Below are positions 13,383 through 27,498 of a DNA stretch of 64,000 bases, piece after piece (position 1 is the stretch's first letter; every line of letters begins with the position of its first letter). Under the pieces are notes generated by a model. That model made no database searches. It was not told the DNA's origin and was given only the letters and a program-made list of their open reading frames with translations. Both the position numbers and the translations under genes were made by a program. Source of the stretch: the human T2T-CHM13v2.0 reference genome, Homo sapiens; the NCBI RefSeq assembly GCF_009914755.1, contig NC_060946.1; one strand, given 5' to 3'.

Positions 13383-13682
13383 GGCCGGGCATGATGGCTC
13401 AAGCCTGTAATCCAAGCACTTTGGGATGTCAAGGCAGGCGGATCACAAGGTCAGGAGATCGAGACCATCCTGGCTAATACGGTGAAACCCCGTCTCTACT
13501 AAAAGTCCAAAAACATTGCTGGGTGTGGTGGCGGGCGCCTGTAGTCCCCGCTACTAGGGAAGCTGAGGCAGGAAAAAGGTGTGAACCCAGGAGGTGGAGC
13601 TTTCAGTGAGCTGAGATCACACCAGTGCACTCCAGCCTCGGAGACACAGCAAGACTCCATCAAAAAAATAAAATTAAATTAA
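13383..13682 (+). mobile_element. AluY-like SINE
   Basis: ggccgggc...gagatcgagaccatcctggctaa...A-rich tail. Confidence 0.92.
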
Positions 13683-14757
13683 AACATATAACAAAATTAA
13701 GGTCCAATTAAAGGTAAATATATATAGCAAAAAAAAAATTCAAGCTCTGATAAGGTTAATTGTAACAGATTGTGCCAGAATTTTGAGATTTCTGGGGATG
13801 GACAGAGCCCAAGAGTTTCCTTCTATAACAATTTCTGTGAAGTTTCTTACACTCTTATTCAATTTGAACGTGGATAAATGGGTTTTCTCTGTTTTGTTAT
13901 TTAAGAGATTCATGATAAGGAAGGCCTATTTATGCATGATTCTTAAACAATTATTGAGTCAGTGGTGTCTGCTGAGGAAGGGCACAGAATCTCATGCCCA
14001 CAGAAGCATGATGTTCTGTCAGATAGGAGACTTCTCCCAGAGCCAGAACTTCATCTTTCAAATGGAATTAGAGATTTTCACAGGCATACATTGCTCTGAA
14101 GCCCTATCAGAGGCTTAGCACTGAGAATATGACCAAAGAAGGTGACTAATAAACATATGACCTAGTACTCTGATCTACAGTGATTCTACCCTCTCAAATA
14201 GCTCTTCCCTGGCTCTGGAATCTTTTCTGGATTCATCTACCAGAAACAGATACACTGAAAGATTGAGAAGAAGCTTTTATTCTCACTGTGAGTCTTGCCC
14301 TGTCTCACCATCTTCTCTAGAAGTGCAATGTTCTAACTATTCCTGAGAGACTTCATCTCAGGTAGCTCTCTCTGACAACATAATTGAGAAGAGAAACGAG
14401 CAAGACTCAGATTATCTTGAAGGCTTGTCTAGGGTTCTTACATGATTTATGTCTCCAATTTATGTCAATATTGACAAATATAGATTCATCTCTAGATGGT
14501 AGAAAAACAGAAGGAGGAGCCTCTGCTCACAGAGAAAATAAAAGATGAATTCAATGTTTTGTAGAGCCAGCTTATTTTAAACCATGGGGCATTTAATCTT
14601 TTTAGAAAAAAACAAAAGCAATAGGGTTTTTTGTTTTTGTTTTTGCTTTTGCTTTTGTGTTTTGGTTTTGGTTTTTTTTTTTTTTTTGTTTTTTCCCTGA
14701 AGCAACTCAACTGTGGCCTCAGACAACTGGGCACTGAGAACGCATGCTCCTCACTAG

Positions 14758-15089
<332 letters not shown>

Positions 15090-15489
15090 AAAGGATTCTT
15101 AAGGGTGATATGGGGGATGGAATGGAAAAAATAAACTTAGTCTTTGCACTTCCACCTGGTCTAACTAACCCTACTCTCATCCTATCCCAAAATTATTGCC
15201 AGACTTTTCTGGAGTGTGCCAGGGGCAATTCAGAAGGAAAAGAGGCTATTCATGCCTATCCATTTCCCATAGCTCCTGAGATCTAAGTCGTTCACTCCCC
15301 TGGTTTCAGGTTGTTGCTCCCCTTCTATATCTTCAGAATTAATGTGATCCATTCCAATACTTATAATTGTACCTTTATCTGATCCCCTCCTATTTTGCTG
15401 TAGACATTTTATGTAGTAGATCCAGTTGTAATAGAGACAAGAATGTTTATATACACCATAATCAGAACTAAATTGGAGTTCCATAACCC

Positions 15490-16015
15490 CTTTTTTGACT
15501 GGGCTGCTACTCAGAAATCATACAAACCAGGCTGCCTGGAGGTTGCAGTTAGGAGAAATCACATCTTGCCCAGGAATGTCAGTGTGGAACCTCAAATTTG
15601 GAAAATAGATTCCTATAGCCCCAATCATTTTGCAACACTTCTGCAGAGTTAAAAGAAAGCCAGTATCTAACAGAAAATCTTGAGCTTGCAGAATAACAGA
15701 AAAGAAAAAAAAACCAAAAACACAACTTACCAAAACACTGAAACTCCCTCTACTTATGAAATAAACAAACTGGCTTAAATTGGTGGAATCATTATGGCCA
15801 AATGGTGTTTTGGCAGAATCACCTTGCTGAGGTCACCGTCTGAATTTTCACTGCCTGTTTCATCACAACTCCCCTTCAGTTTGCCCATGAGATCCATGAG
15901 GAGGCAATGAGCTTGAGAGTAACGTTTCAGTATAAAATTGCTTTCTCTTAAAAACCTGATGTCATAGTATTGGCTTCTAGCACTTCAAGAAGTGAGCTCC
16001 TTTTACTCAATAACA
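15490..16015 (+). mobile_element. ERV LTR (LTR47/MER72-like), solo
   Basis: Ends ctcttaaaaacctgatgtcatagtattggcttctagc...ttttactcaataaca; same family as 334-836. Confidence 0.55.
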
Positions 16016-17639
16016 ATGTTATCTATATCTTAGAGACAGTCAACAGGAGATAATCTCTTCTGGGACCAAAGAAGGTGACTAATAAACCATTTAATCAACA
16101 CATTACCTAACCAAAAGCTGTGGACCCTGATGAGGAAAATAAGTTAAAATGAGACTATTGGCTCATTTTAATAGATATGGTGATAAAATGATAAAAGCAA
16201 AAAAAAAAAAAAAAAGAGAGAATTTAAGCGGTCTCAAATACCTAAAAGATGACATAGATTAGCTTCAAGTAACACATAATGTGGCTGGAGTCAGCTGATC
16301 TTTATGCTGAAAGTGTCAACAGTAGTGACAAATACTTCAAGTAACGGGTCAAAAGTCTAAGACAGTCATTCTGCCAGAAATGGTCTGGGACTTCCCCATA
16401 CATGGGACACGTAGATCAACTTTCTCCAAGAACCACCAACCTGGCATGCAGTGATGACCTCTGCAGTAGACAGGGATTTAGGCTTGATTGTTGTTCATCT
16501 CTTTGGAGACATAACCCTAATTGTGAACTTCTAAATTAATGGCCTGACAATTAGATCAGCAGCTAAGATAAATTTCAGTTTGCAGTCCCAAAGAAGATGT
16601 TCTTAATTAGACAGTTAATCATTTTGAATATGGAAGCCTAAACACGTAGAATGTGGCAATAACCCAGAACTCTCAGTTCTGACAATTGAGTGAAGTAATC
16701 ACCCCAGATTCAGGTTCTTCATTGGCTGACAATGAGATCAAACACCCACACCAGCCCAGTGAACACCATGAGGTGTCATCTTCCCTGGCCCATTAGTGAA
16801 CCAGGAACAGATATTTAGAAAATATTCAGTAAATTGGGGAGTCCCACAGAGTCAGAAATTTTGCTTGAGATAGTGGAGGGTGGCATAAAATTTCTACCGA
16901 ATATGAATTTTAATTTTTACTTTAGTGCCGTTTCTATTTTAGTCTAATTTCCTTCTAGAATATGTTATTTCTATTTACCAAGTGGCCTCCTGTGGTCTTT
17001 TTCATAGAGTTCAAATCGACCCATCTAAAAACAGAAAGGTCAAGCTAACGACCTCCCTCAGGGGTCAGAATTCAGTTTCACAGCTCTGTAGCAAGCTCAT
17101 TGTTGACTTACAAATTAGTGTAACCAATAGTAATGTCATGGTGGCCATAACTCCAACATCCCAAAAAGTACCTCAAGGTAGAGGCTGACTTCATTTATCA
17201 GAGGATTCAAATGGCAAAATCAAGCTTTACTAGATCACTGGATTACTGGAAGAAGTGAGCAATGCGAATCTGCAATATAGTTTCACTAAACTTTAATAGG
17301 ACAGCAAGACTGTAGATATTTTAGCCCTCTCAAAATATGAATCTTCTGATCCTTTCATCTAGAATCTCTATGTGTGCCATAAAGTCCTAACTCTGCTTGT
17401 GCCTATACTTTCTGTTCATGCAGAGATTAAAAGACAAACAGGTGGGAGCTTAGTGTTTTAGCGTTTTTCCTGAGAATCTGTCTAGCCTAGAGCATCCCCA
17501 TTTTTTTCTAGATTCCAAGGAGTACTATCACTATCCTAATTCTCAGTGTCTTGTTTCCAAGTATTTCCTCCTACGATTGTCAGCGTGACTACCTTTTTAC
17601 CCCACTGATAGTGTTTGCTCCAGGTGAACTGGGTAGTTC

Positions 17640-18360
17640 ATTTTTATTTAAATGCTTCCATAAGCATTAAGCTATTAATTTAAGATTTCTTTGTTTTTTA
17701 TAAAGTAATTCTGCTGTTTCCCTCAGAGCTCAACTTTCACTAAGTCTCATAAATTTTATTATGTTTTGTCTAAATGTCTATTTATGTTAAAATATTCTCT
17801 GACACTATTTGTACATTTTTTATTCATTAATTATTTAAGATTGTGTCATTTAATGCACACATGTTTGCATTTCCCAAATTTCTTGCTTTTTTGGTCTCTA
17901 ATTTTCTCTTTTGTGATTAGAAAACATTCATTTTATTATTTCAATCTTTCAATTTTATTGATTTTTTTTATGATGCAGCATATTCTCCATTCTAGAGAAT
18001 GTTCTATGTGCATTTGGGAAGAATATACATTCTGATTTGGGGTGAAGAGTTCTCCATATATCTCTAGTTTTATTTGGTTTATGTTATTCATGTCTTCTAT
18101 TTCCTTGTTTCTCTTATGTCTAGTTCTTCTACCCAATAGTGTAAGTGGGGAAGTGAAGCTTGCAATTTTTATTGTTGAAACTATTGTTGCAACTATTTCT
18201 GCCTTTATTTCTATCAGTTTTGCTTTATGTACTTCTGTGAACTTTTGTTACATTCATATATGTTAATTTATTTTCCTCATGAATTTATCCTTCTAATTAT
18301 AATCTATCTTCATCTCTAGTAATAGTATTTGTTGTCTTAAAGTATATCCTAATTTTTTGA
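17640..18360 (-). mobile_element. Old L1M ORF2 (endonuclease region) fragment
   Basis: ORF 17936-18136 remnant (NKEIEDMNN...IYG...YSSQMH). Confidence 0.7.
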
Positions 18361-18361
18361 T

Positions 18362-20171
18362 TTTTGGTTTTTCTGGGTGCATAGTAGGTGTATACCTTTA
18401 TGAAGTATATAGAATATTTTGATACCGTCATACAATGTGTAATAATTACATCAGAGTTAATGGGGTATTCATCACATGAAGTATTACTATTGGATTTCAA
18501 ATAACCAAATTATACAATTTCTGTTATTTTAAAATGTACACTTAAATTATTCTTAACTAGAGTCACCTCGTGCTGTCAAATGCTAGAACTGATTCATTCT
18601 TTCTAACTATATTTTTATACCCATTAACCATTCCCACCTCCCCACCCTCAACCTTCTACTACTTCTCTCAGCCTCTGGAGACCATCATTCTACTCTTTAT
18701 CTCCATTAATTCTTTTGTTTTAATTTTTAGCTTTAACAAATAAGTGAGAACGTGTGAAGTTTGTCTTTCTATACCTGTCTTATTTCACTTAATAAAATGA
18801 CCTTCAGTTTAACCCATGTTGTTACAAATGACAGAATCTCATTCATTTTTATGTCTGAATAGTACTACATTGTGTATATGTACCACTTTTTTGTTTATTC
18901 ATCTGTCGATAAACACCTATGTTACTTCCAAATCTTGGCTATTGTGAATAGTGTTGCAATAAACACAGGAGTACAGCTATCACTTTGATACACAGATTTT
19001 TCTCTCTTTTGGATATATACCTAACAGTGAAATTGCTGGATTGTACAGAAGCTCTATTTTTAGTTTTCTGATGAACCTTCAAGCTGTTCTCCATAGTGGT
19101 TCCACCAACTTACATTCCCACCAACAGCATATGAGGGTTCCCTTTTCTCCGCATGCTTGTCAGCATTTGTTATTGCCTTTTAGCTAAAACCCACTTTAAC
19201 TGGGGTGCGGTAATAGCTCATTGTAATTTTGATTTGCATTTCTCTGATGATTCATGATGTTGATCATCTTTTCATATACCTATTTGCCATTTGCGTGTCT
19301 TTATTGGAGTAATGTCTGTTTACATATTTTGCCTATTTTTTAAAATAGGATTATTAGATTTTATTTTCTATAGAGTTATTTGAGCGCCTTCTATGTTTTG
19401 GTTACAAATCCATTTTCAGATAGGTAGTTTGAAAATATTTTCTTTCATTCTGTGGGTTGTTTTCTCACTTTGTTGATTCTTTTCTGTGCCATGCAAAATT
19501 TTATAACTTGGTGTGATACCAATTTTCCATTTTGCTTTGGTTGCCTGTGCTTGTGAGGTGTTACTCAAGAAATCTTTGCTTAATCCAAGGTTTTTTAGAA
19601 TTTCCCCAATGTTTTCTTTCAGAAGTTTTATAGTTTGCAGTTTTACATTTAAATATTTAATCCATTTTGATTTAGTTTTTGCCCGTGGCAAAAGATAGAG
19701 GTCTAGTTTTATTCCTCTGCATATGGATATCCAGATTTACCATCACTGTTTATTGAAGAGACTGAGTTTTTATTCTTAATATATTTTCTTGGTGCCTATG
19801 TAAAAAATGAGTTCACTGTAGATGGATGGTTTGGTTCTGGGTTCTCTATTCTGCTCCATTTTCCTGTGTGTCTGTTTTTATGCCAGTACTATGCTGTTTT
19901 GGTTACTACACATCGGTAGTATAATTTTGTGTAATGTAATAATGTATGCTATGTAATGGGATTCCTCCAGTTTTATTCTTTTTGCTCAGGATAGCTTTAG
20001 CTATTCTAGGTCTTTTGTGATTATATATAAATTTAAGATTTTTTAGAGCTGTTGTATTTATTTGTGTGAGGAATGTCAATGGTATTTTTACAGAAATTGC
20101 GTTGAATCTGTAGCTTGCTTTGTGTAGCATGGACATTTTAATATTGATTCTTCCAATCCATAAACACAGAA
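18362..20171 (-). mobile_element. L1MA-type 3' end plus ORF2 C-terminus
   Basis: L1MA 3' UTR 'gggtgcatagtaggtgtata...caatgtgtaataat'; ORF2 remnants 19416-19691 and 19906-20193. Confidence 0.85.
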
Positions 20172-20181
20172 CACTGACTAA

Positions 20182-23100
20182 TACAATCTGCAAATGGGTA
20201 GTTTGACTTCCTCTCCTCTTATTTGAATGCCTTTATTTTTTTCTCTTGTCTGATTGCTCTGGCCAGGATTTTCAACACTATGTTGAACAGGGCTGGTAAG
20301 AGAGGGCATCTTTGTCTTGTGCCAGTTTCCAAGAAAAATGCTTCCAGTTTCACCCATTCAGTATAATGTTGGCTGTGGGTTTGTCATAGATGACTTTTAT
20401 TATTTCAAAGCATGTTTCCTCAATACCTAGTATATGGAGAGTTTTAACATAAAGTGGTTTTGAATTTTAATAAAAGCTCTTTCTGCATCTATTACAATAA
20501 TCATGAGGTTTTTGTCTTTAGTTCTGTTTGTATTATGAATCACATTTATTGATTTGCATATGTTGAACCAACCTTGCATCCCAGGGAAAAAGCCTACTTG
20601 ATTGTGGTGGATAGGCTTTTTGGTATGCTGCTGGATTTGGTTTGCCAGTATTTTATGGAGAATTTTTGCATCAATATTCATCAAAGATATGAAATTTTTC
20701 TTTCTTTTGCTTTTCTTCCAGGTTTTGATATCAGAAGGGTGCTGGCCTCATAGGATGAGTGAGGAAGAAGATGATCCTCCTCAAATTTTTGGGAGTTTCA
20801 GTAGGAATGATACCAAATTCTTCTTTGCATATCCAGTAGAATTTGGCTGGGAATTCATCTTTTCCTTGGCTTTTTAAAATTGATAGTCTATTTATTACAG
20901 ATTCAATTTTGGAGCATGTTATTGGTCTGTTCAGGGATTCAATTTCTTCCTGGTTCAGTCTTGGAAAGGTGTACATGTCCAGGAATTTATCTATTTGTTC
21001 TAGGTGTTGTAGTTTTTTTGCATAAAGGTGTTCATCATATTCTCTGATGTTTATTTCTATTTCTGAGGAGCCAGTGGTAATATCCCCTTTGTTGTTTCTG
21101 ATTGTCTTTATTTGGATCTTCTCTCTTTTCCTCTATATTAGTCTAGCTAGTAGTCCACATTTAAAACAAAACCTACTCCTGGATTCATTAATCTTTTAGT
21201 TTTTTTGTGTGTGTCCTAATCTCAGTTTATCTCTGATTTTGGTTATTTCTGTCTTCTTCCAGCTTTGGGGTTGGATAGCTCTTCATTCTCTAGATGTTTT
21301 AGTTGTGATATTGAGTGGTTAAATTGAGATCTTTGTTACTTTTTGTGGTGGGTGTTCAGCAACATCAGTTTTTTTCTCAACACTGATTTAGTTGCATCTC
21401 AGGGATTCTGGTAGGTTGTGTCTTTGTTCTCATTAGTTTCAAATAACTTTTTGATTGATGTCTTAATTTCATTATTCACACAAAAGTCATTCAGGAGTGA
21501 GTTATTTAATTTTTATGTAATCATATGGTATTGAGTATTGGTTTTCTCAACTTTTACCTCCAATTTTACTATACTCTGGTCTCAGAGAGTGGTTGTCATA
21601 ATTTGAATTCTTTTATAATTTCTGAGAACAGTTTTATGTCGATTAAGTGGTTGATTTTAGAGTATGTGCCATGTGGCAATGAGAACGTATATGTTGTTGT
21701 TTTTGGTGGAGAGTTCTGAAAGTGTCTGTTACATCCATTTGATCCAGTGCTGCATTCAGATCTTGAATATCTTGTTAATTTTCTGCCTTAATAATCTAAT
21801 ATTGTAAATGGGTTGTTGAAGTTTTTCACTATAATTGTGTAGGAATCTCAGTCTTTTTAAAGACCTCTAAGAACTTGCTTTATGAATTTGGGTGTTCCTG
21901 TGTTGGGTGTGTATATATTTAAAATGTATATATTTAAATTTGAATACATATATTCTTGTTGAATTTAACCCTTTAGCATTTTGTAATGCCTTTTTGCCTT
22001 TTTAAATCTTTGTTGTTTTAAAGTCTGTTTGTCTAAAATTAGGGTTGCAACCCATTCTTTCTTCTGTTTTCCATTTGCTTGGTAGATTTTTTATCCCGTC
22101 ATTTTCAGCCTATGAAACTGATTGCATGTGAAATGAGTCTTGATGACAGCATATCATTGGTTCTTTGTTCTTTATCCAGTTTCCCACTGTTTGCCTTTTA
22201 ATTGGAACATTCAGCCCATTTACATTCATAGTTAGTGTTGATATGTGTGCATTTGATGCTGCCATTATAATGGTAGCTGCTTATTATGTAGACTTGTTTG
22301 TGCGTAACTGGTCTGTATACCTCAGTGTGTTTTTTTAGTGGCTAATAAAGGTTTTTTTCACCTATATTTAGTTCTTCCTTCAGGAGCTCTTGTAAGGCAT
22401 GTCTTGTAGTAATGAATTTCCTCAGCATTTGCCTGTTTAAAAAGAACTTTATTTCTCCTTTACTTATGAAGCTTAGTTTGGCCAAATACGAGATTGTTGA
22501 TTGGAATTTATTTTCTTCAAGGAGGTTAAATATTGGTATTGGTCTCTTCTGGCTTGTAGGATTTCTGCTAAAAGGCGTACTTTTACACTGATAATCTTTC
22601 CTTTGTGGTTGACCTCCCTTTCCTCTCTAGCTGCATTTGTCATTTTTTCTTTTATTTCATGCTTGAACAATCTGATAACTATGTGTTTTGGTGATTATTA
22701 TATTATGAAGTATCTTACTGGAGTTTTCTGCATTTCCTAAATTTGAATGCTGGCCTCTCTAGCCAGCATTCCCCAGGTTGGGGAAGTTCTCATGAATGAT
22801 ATCCTAAAATATGTTTTTCAAATGGCTTCCATTCTCCTCACCTGTTTCATGAACACCAGTGGGTCATACCTTTGGTCTCTTTACATAATCTTATATTTTT
22901 CAGAGGCTTGGGGGTTTTTATTACTCTTTTTTATTTCTGTCTGTATGTCTGACTTCACATAAACAGTCTTCAAACTCTGAGATTCTTTCTTAGCTTTGTC
23001 TATTCTACTATTAATAGTTGTGAATTTCTTATAAAAAAATTTAGTGTGATTTTTTTAGCTCTCTCAGGTTAGTTATGCTCTTAATACTGGCTCTTTTGTC

Positions 23101-23723
23101 TCTCAGCTCCTGTATCATTTCATTATGATTCTTAACGTTTTTGAATTGAGTTTCAAGTTACTTCTGCATTTTAATGATCTTTATTTCTATTCATATTCTG
23201 AATTTGATTTCTGTAATTTTAGCTATCTTGGACTGATTTATAACCTTACTGGAGAGGTAGTGTGGCCATTTGAAGGAAAAGAGGAACTCAGGTTTTTTGA
23301 GTTGTCAGAGGTTTTGTGCTTGTTCTTTCTTATCTTTCTGGGGTGATATTTCTTTAATATTTGAAGTTGTCAACTTTTGGATTTTTCCTTTTATTCTGCT
23401 TGATGACCTTAAGGGTTTAATTGTGTTATAAGGTTGGCTCAGTCGAGTGGTTTTGTGTGTATTCATGCAGGCGAAGGTGGCTGCTCAGGGCTGAGGAGAG
23501 TATGCTGTTTTTTGTGCTTAGTTGTACTCAAATGACAGTGTTGACAAAGGAGCAGGGTGCTGGTGTTGTGGGGCTGATGGCCTCTGTTTCCTCCAAGATT
23601 CTGTCTGCAGTGGTGGTATAGCAGGAGAGGGGGCCTGGAGTACACTCCTACCAACAGCAGTGCCAGGGCAGAATGCATATGCACATGTGCACTGACAGGG
23701 CAGGGAAAGCAAGATCCTTCCAT

Positions 23724-23762
<39 letters not shown>

Positions 23763-24510
23763 AGCATAGTGATGTGTGGGGAGGCAATGGGCCTTGGGGG
23801 GAAGCTGCAGTGAGGAGAGGCAGCAGGCAGGCTGATGCCTGGATGGGGCCACCCCACTGGAGCTGTCTACTAGTCAGACATGATCTGCCAGTTCAGGATC
23901 TATGATGCAGGCCCCCAGGGTACTCAAGGCTGCACTGCAAGCATGCAGGGCCGAATTGGGGTCGCAGGAGAGGCCAGCACACCAACGCAAGCTCAGGTCA
24001 AAACAGCCCCATCTGATGGGCCACCACCCTGCAGACTTTTTGTCCAAAATTTCCCCTAGGGCTAACGTCTCTTATGGGAGCAAGTTAAGCTTATTGGTGT
24101 GGGCATCCCTGGACATGCTTCACTACACATGTTCCCACAATAAACCCTCTTGGCTGTGCACTGGCTGGTGTGCTGCCCCTGTCACTTCTCTAAGCAGCTC
24201 TTCCTTTCAACTCATTTTCCATGATGGTCAGAGGGTCTCTGCCGGTGGGATTCCAGAGGCCAGTCAGGAAAGCAGGTAGCTCCTTGCCACTTAAACTCAC
24301 CTGTTTTTCTCAGAGTCACTGGGGGCCAGAAATCAGTTCCACTGTGCTTTAGCCCTGTGCAGGGTTCCCAGCTTCTGAATCTTAAGTTCAGATGTTGTGT
24401 CTTTCCTCCTTCCACTATCAGTACCTGCCCTCGGTTAAGAGTGTGCCAGTCATCCTGGTCCCTCGGTGTCAGCTGTTCCACCTTGGTTTGTCTATTCAGC
24501 CATCTTGCTC
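20182..24510 (-). mobile_element. Older primate L1 (L1PA15/16- or L1P4-like): 5' UTR, ORF1 and ORF2 5' half
   Basis: RT remnants 20427-20684 (GMQGWFNI) and 20731-20976; ORF1 remnant 22473-22670; 5' terminus cagccatcttg at ~24500. Confidence 0.85.
23725..23760. repeat. (CA)18 microsatellite inside the L1 5' UTR
   Basis: Perfect CA run. Confidence 0.97.
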
Positions 24511-24519
24511 AAATACACA

Positions 24520-25370
24520 AAGTCTTATAAATCAATAATAAATAGACAATTGACTACTTGAAAAATGTGCAAGGAATTTGAATTAAAAATTTCTACAGAT
24601 AAGAAGCAAAATTTGTCATTAAATTTAAAATATGTGACATTATTAGTTTAGAGAAATGCAAATCAAAAGCTCAATGACATACTTACTAGAAGACCTGTAA
24701 AAGGCAATAAAAAAGGTTGCCAAAGATATCAAAAATATGAAAGCCTCACACATTGTATGTGGGAGTGTAAAAAACAACCGATTTAAAGAACAATTTGGCA
24801 ATTATTCAAAATGCTATAAATAGTATCACCATATGACTGAGACATTTTACTCTGTTACGTACTCAAAAGAAATGAAAACCTATGACTACACAAAGAATCA
24901 GATGTAAATGATCAAAGCAGCAGTATTTGTAATAGCCCAAAGGGGATAAAACCAAAATATCCATCAAATAATAACAGAAAAAATAACGTGTGGTGTGTCC
25001 ATACAATAAAATACTATGTGCCAAACAAAGAAAATGAAGTAATAATACCTGCTATGTCAGGAAAAAACCTCAAAATCACTAAAGTAAGTAAAATAAACCA
25101 AATGCAAAAGGGCAGATAATTTATGATTTCACTTAAAATAACTTTTAATAAAAGGCTTATATATAAAAACAGGCTGATTGCCTATGACCAGGGTAATGAA
25201 ATCAGTAAGTACAAAAGAGATTAATTTCTTTTTCCATAGTGATAAGGTTATTTCAAAATTAGATTGTGGTTATGGGTGTCTGTAAATACACTTTAAAAAC
25301 TTGGAATTGTACACTTAAAACATGTGATGGTTTTGTTATAAAATTATATCCCTCTAAAATGTTTCCAAAT
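24520..25370 (+). mobile_element. Ancient L1ME/MD 3' end
   Basis: agagaaatgcaaatcaaaa, aagaaatgaaaacctatg, gtggtgtgtccatacaat, aattgtacacttaaaa. Confidence 0.7.
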
Positions 25371-27010
25371 GAAACTGTTGACTTTTGGAGAACTAAGTCA
25401 CAGACTGTAAAACCAAACCCATTTATTGTTCATCTCAAGGCATGTTAAATAAAGAGGAAAAGACAAAGATATAGTTATAACATTAAAATCTTCATGGCAA
25501 ATAGTTATAAGAAAAAAATTACAATTGTAAAATGTATTAATAGACATAAATTACCTGCTTAGATTTACCAGGCCAGAAATGTAAATTAAATAATAGTACA
25601 CTATTGAAGACCACTCTGAGTCACTGATTATTAGAAACTTGTTATGATGTCATCATAGGGTTAAAATATTCCTTATCAAAAATGACTCACAGCAAAAATG
25701 TTAAATAAAGTGTGTTAGTGGCACCCCTGTCCACAGTTGCTGGTACTTTTAGTGTATGGCCAATTAGAAAGCTACTCTTTTGTCCCTCATTTGTAACCAA
25801 TTTCAACACTCAAATTCAATATTGAACTCCTAAATATATTGATAAAACATGTGAGAAGATGTTTGACTTGTTTTATTGTAAAACAAGGCTAATATACAGT
25901 ATGTGAAAGTTTCCATAAAATTCTTAAATTATATATTTAAAAGATATTATGAAAATAAAAAATCTTAGCAAACATAGGGAGAATTATAAACTAACATTTA
26001 TCATACATACCCACCACAAGGCTTCAGCAATTCTCATATTTTTTATCTTTCATTTTTAATTATCAACTTCAATTATTCTGGTAATATTTTCAAGTAAGCA
26101 TATTATGTTGTCAGTTTGTAGAAATTTGAGTACCTATATCTAAGAAATAAAGAGAAAAATAAAAATAGTACTATAAAATCTAAGTAAATACAAGTATTCT
26201 CTAATATTGTACTAAAGAGTTTCTTGATTTTTTACGTGCAAAACAGTAGAACTTAGCAACCTCCAAGACTTTATGAGAAATAACAATTTAAGACTAATAT
26301 TTATCCTGGAGACTCAAAGTGACTATAAATAAATATATCTTTAGTTAATAAAGCTTAAAAATAAAGTATTAGTAAAAACACATTTTGAAGATGGCTGACA
26401 CCTTTGTTACTAGACATGGGGCTTGTGCTGTAAATAACTAGTTTAAAAGTCCATGGAAAAGGGATTTTCAACCAAAAAGTCTATAGAAAACAAAAAATTT
26501 TGGTTTTTCTGAACTCAGGATGTGAGGCCAGCTTTTAAAGCACTGAATTTAAAAAGCCCTCAAGACCCTAAGCTTGATAAGCAAGTCACCAGCAGGTCTC
26601 ATTTTTCAGCTCTGTGCACCAGGTGGCATGTCTAGCAAAATGTCCCCTCTCATGTCAGGTTTTTTCTATGAACTCAGAATGACCACTGTCCCTTAGTATG
26701 CAGCCCTGCAGTGGACCCAAAAATGACAATCAATCAGGTCCAGAGTTGCTCATTATGGCCTTTCCAGAATGTAATTATCTAAGGACAATTCTCCCCCTTG
26801 TAAAATTAAGAAAGTATCAGAATATTTGCCTAATTTTTGATAACATCATACTGTGAGCCACAAAAAAGCAAGAATTTAAAATGTAAGAGATTATCTGGAT
26901 CCTAGGGCACAGAAATACACCTCAAATAGAATAGTTTCACACACGATTTTATATGTGGACTTCCTGTGTGGAAGAAAAGAATGTGGGGGTCAATAGTAGA
27001 GAAGTCTGTA

Positions 27011-27498
27011 TGTAGTGGAATTTTAAGAAATCAGAGAGGCCGATGGGGTTCAGGAGGGTATTTATTAATTATTTAGGTGCACTGGTCCAGTCGGATTAAC
27101 ATCCAAAGAATGAGTCCTGAACAAAGAGTTAAGTTACCTTTTAAGCATTTCATGGGTGGGGAGAGATTTGTGCAGGGAGAATCATACTACAGAAGCAAGA
27201 AACAAAGACAGTTATTCAATTGAGACATGCATTACATTATTTCTTACTTTTCAAGGAAAAACCTGTTTTGTGACTTGAATTTATCTGTCTAGTGACCTTG
27301 CAGCTTCACAGCTTGGGAAACAGGGTCTTCACAATCCCTGGGAAAGGAGGAGAGATAAGGATCACTAGCCACAGAAAAACAGGCAGTTAGTTTTTAAAGG
27401 ACTCCAGCTCTTACTCTTTCTCAACAGAAGTTGGGTTTTCTTACACACAAGTGAGTTTCTGCTTACACACTCTTTAATCTCTTATAATTCCTGTTCCA
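27011..27498 (-). mobile_element. LTR15 (3' LTR of a HERV15/RRHERV-I-type provirus)
   Basis: Minus strand starts TGGAACAGGAATTATAAGAG and ends ...CACTACA; preceded by the polypurine tract ATGGGGAGAA. Confidence 0.85.

Noticed and set aside
16420-17330. Possible ancient ERV/MaLR internal fragment
   Set aside because: Too decayed to assign by eye; needs a Dfam search.
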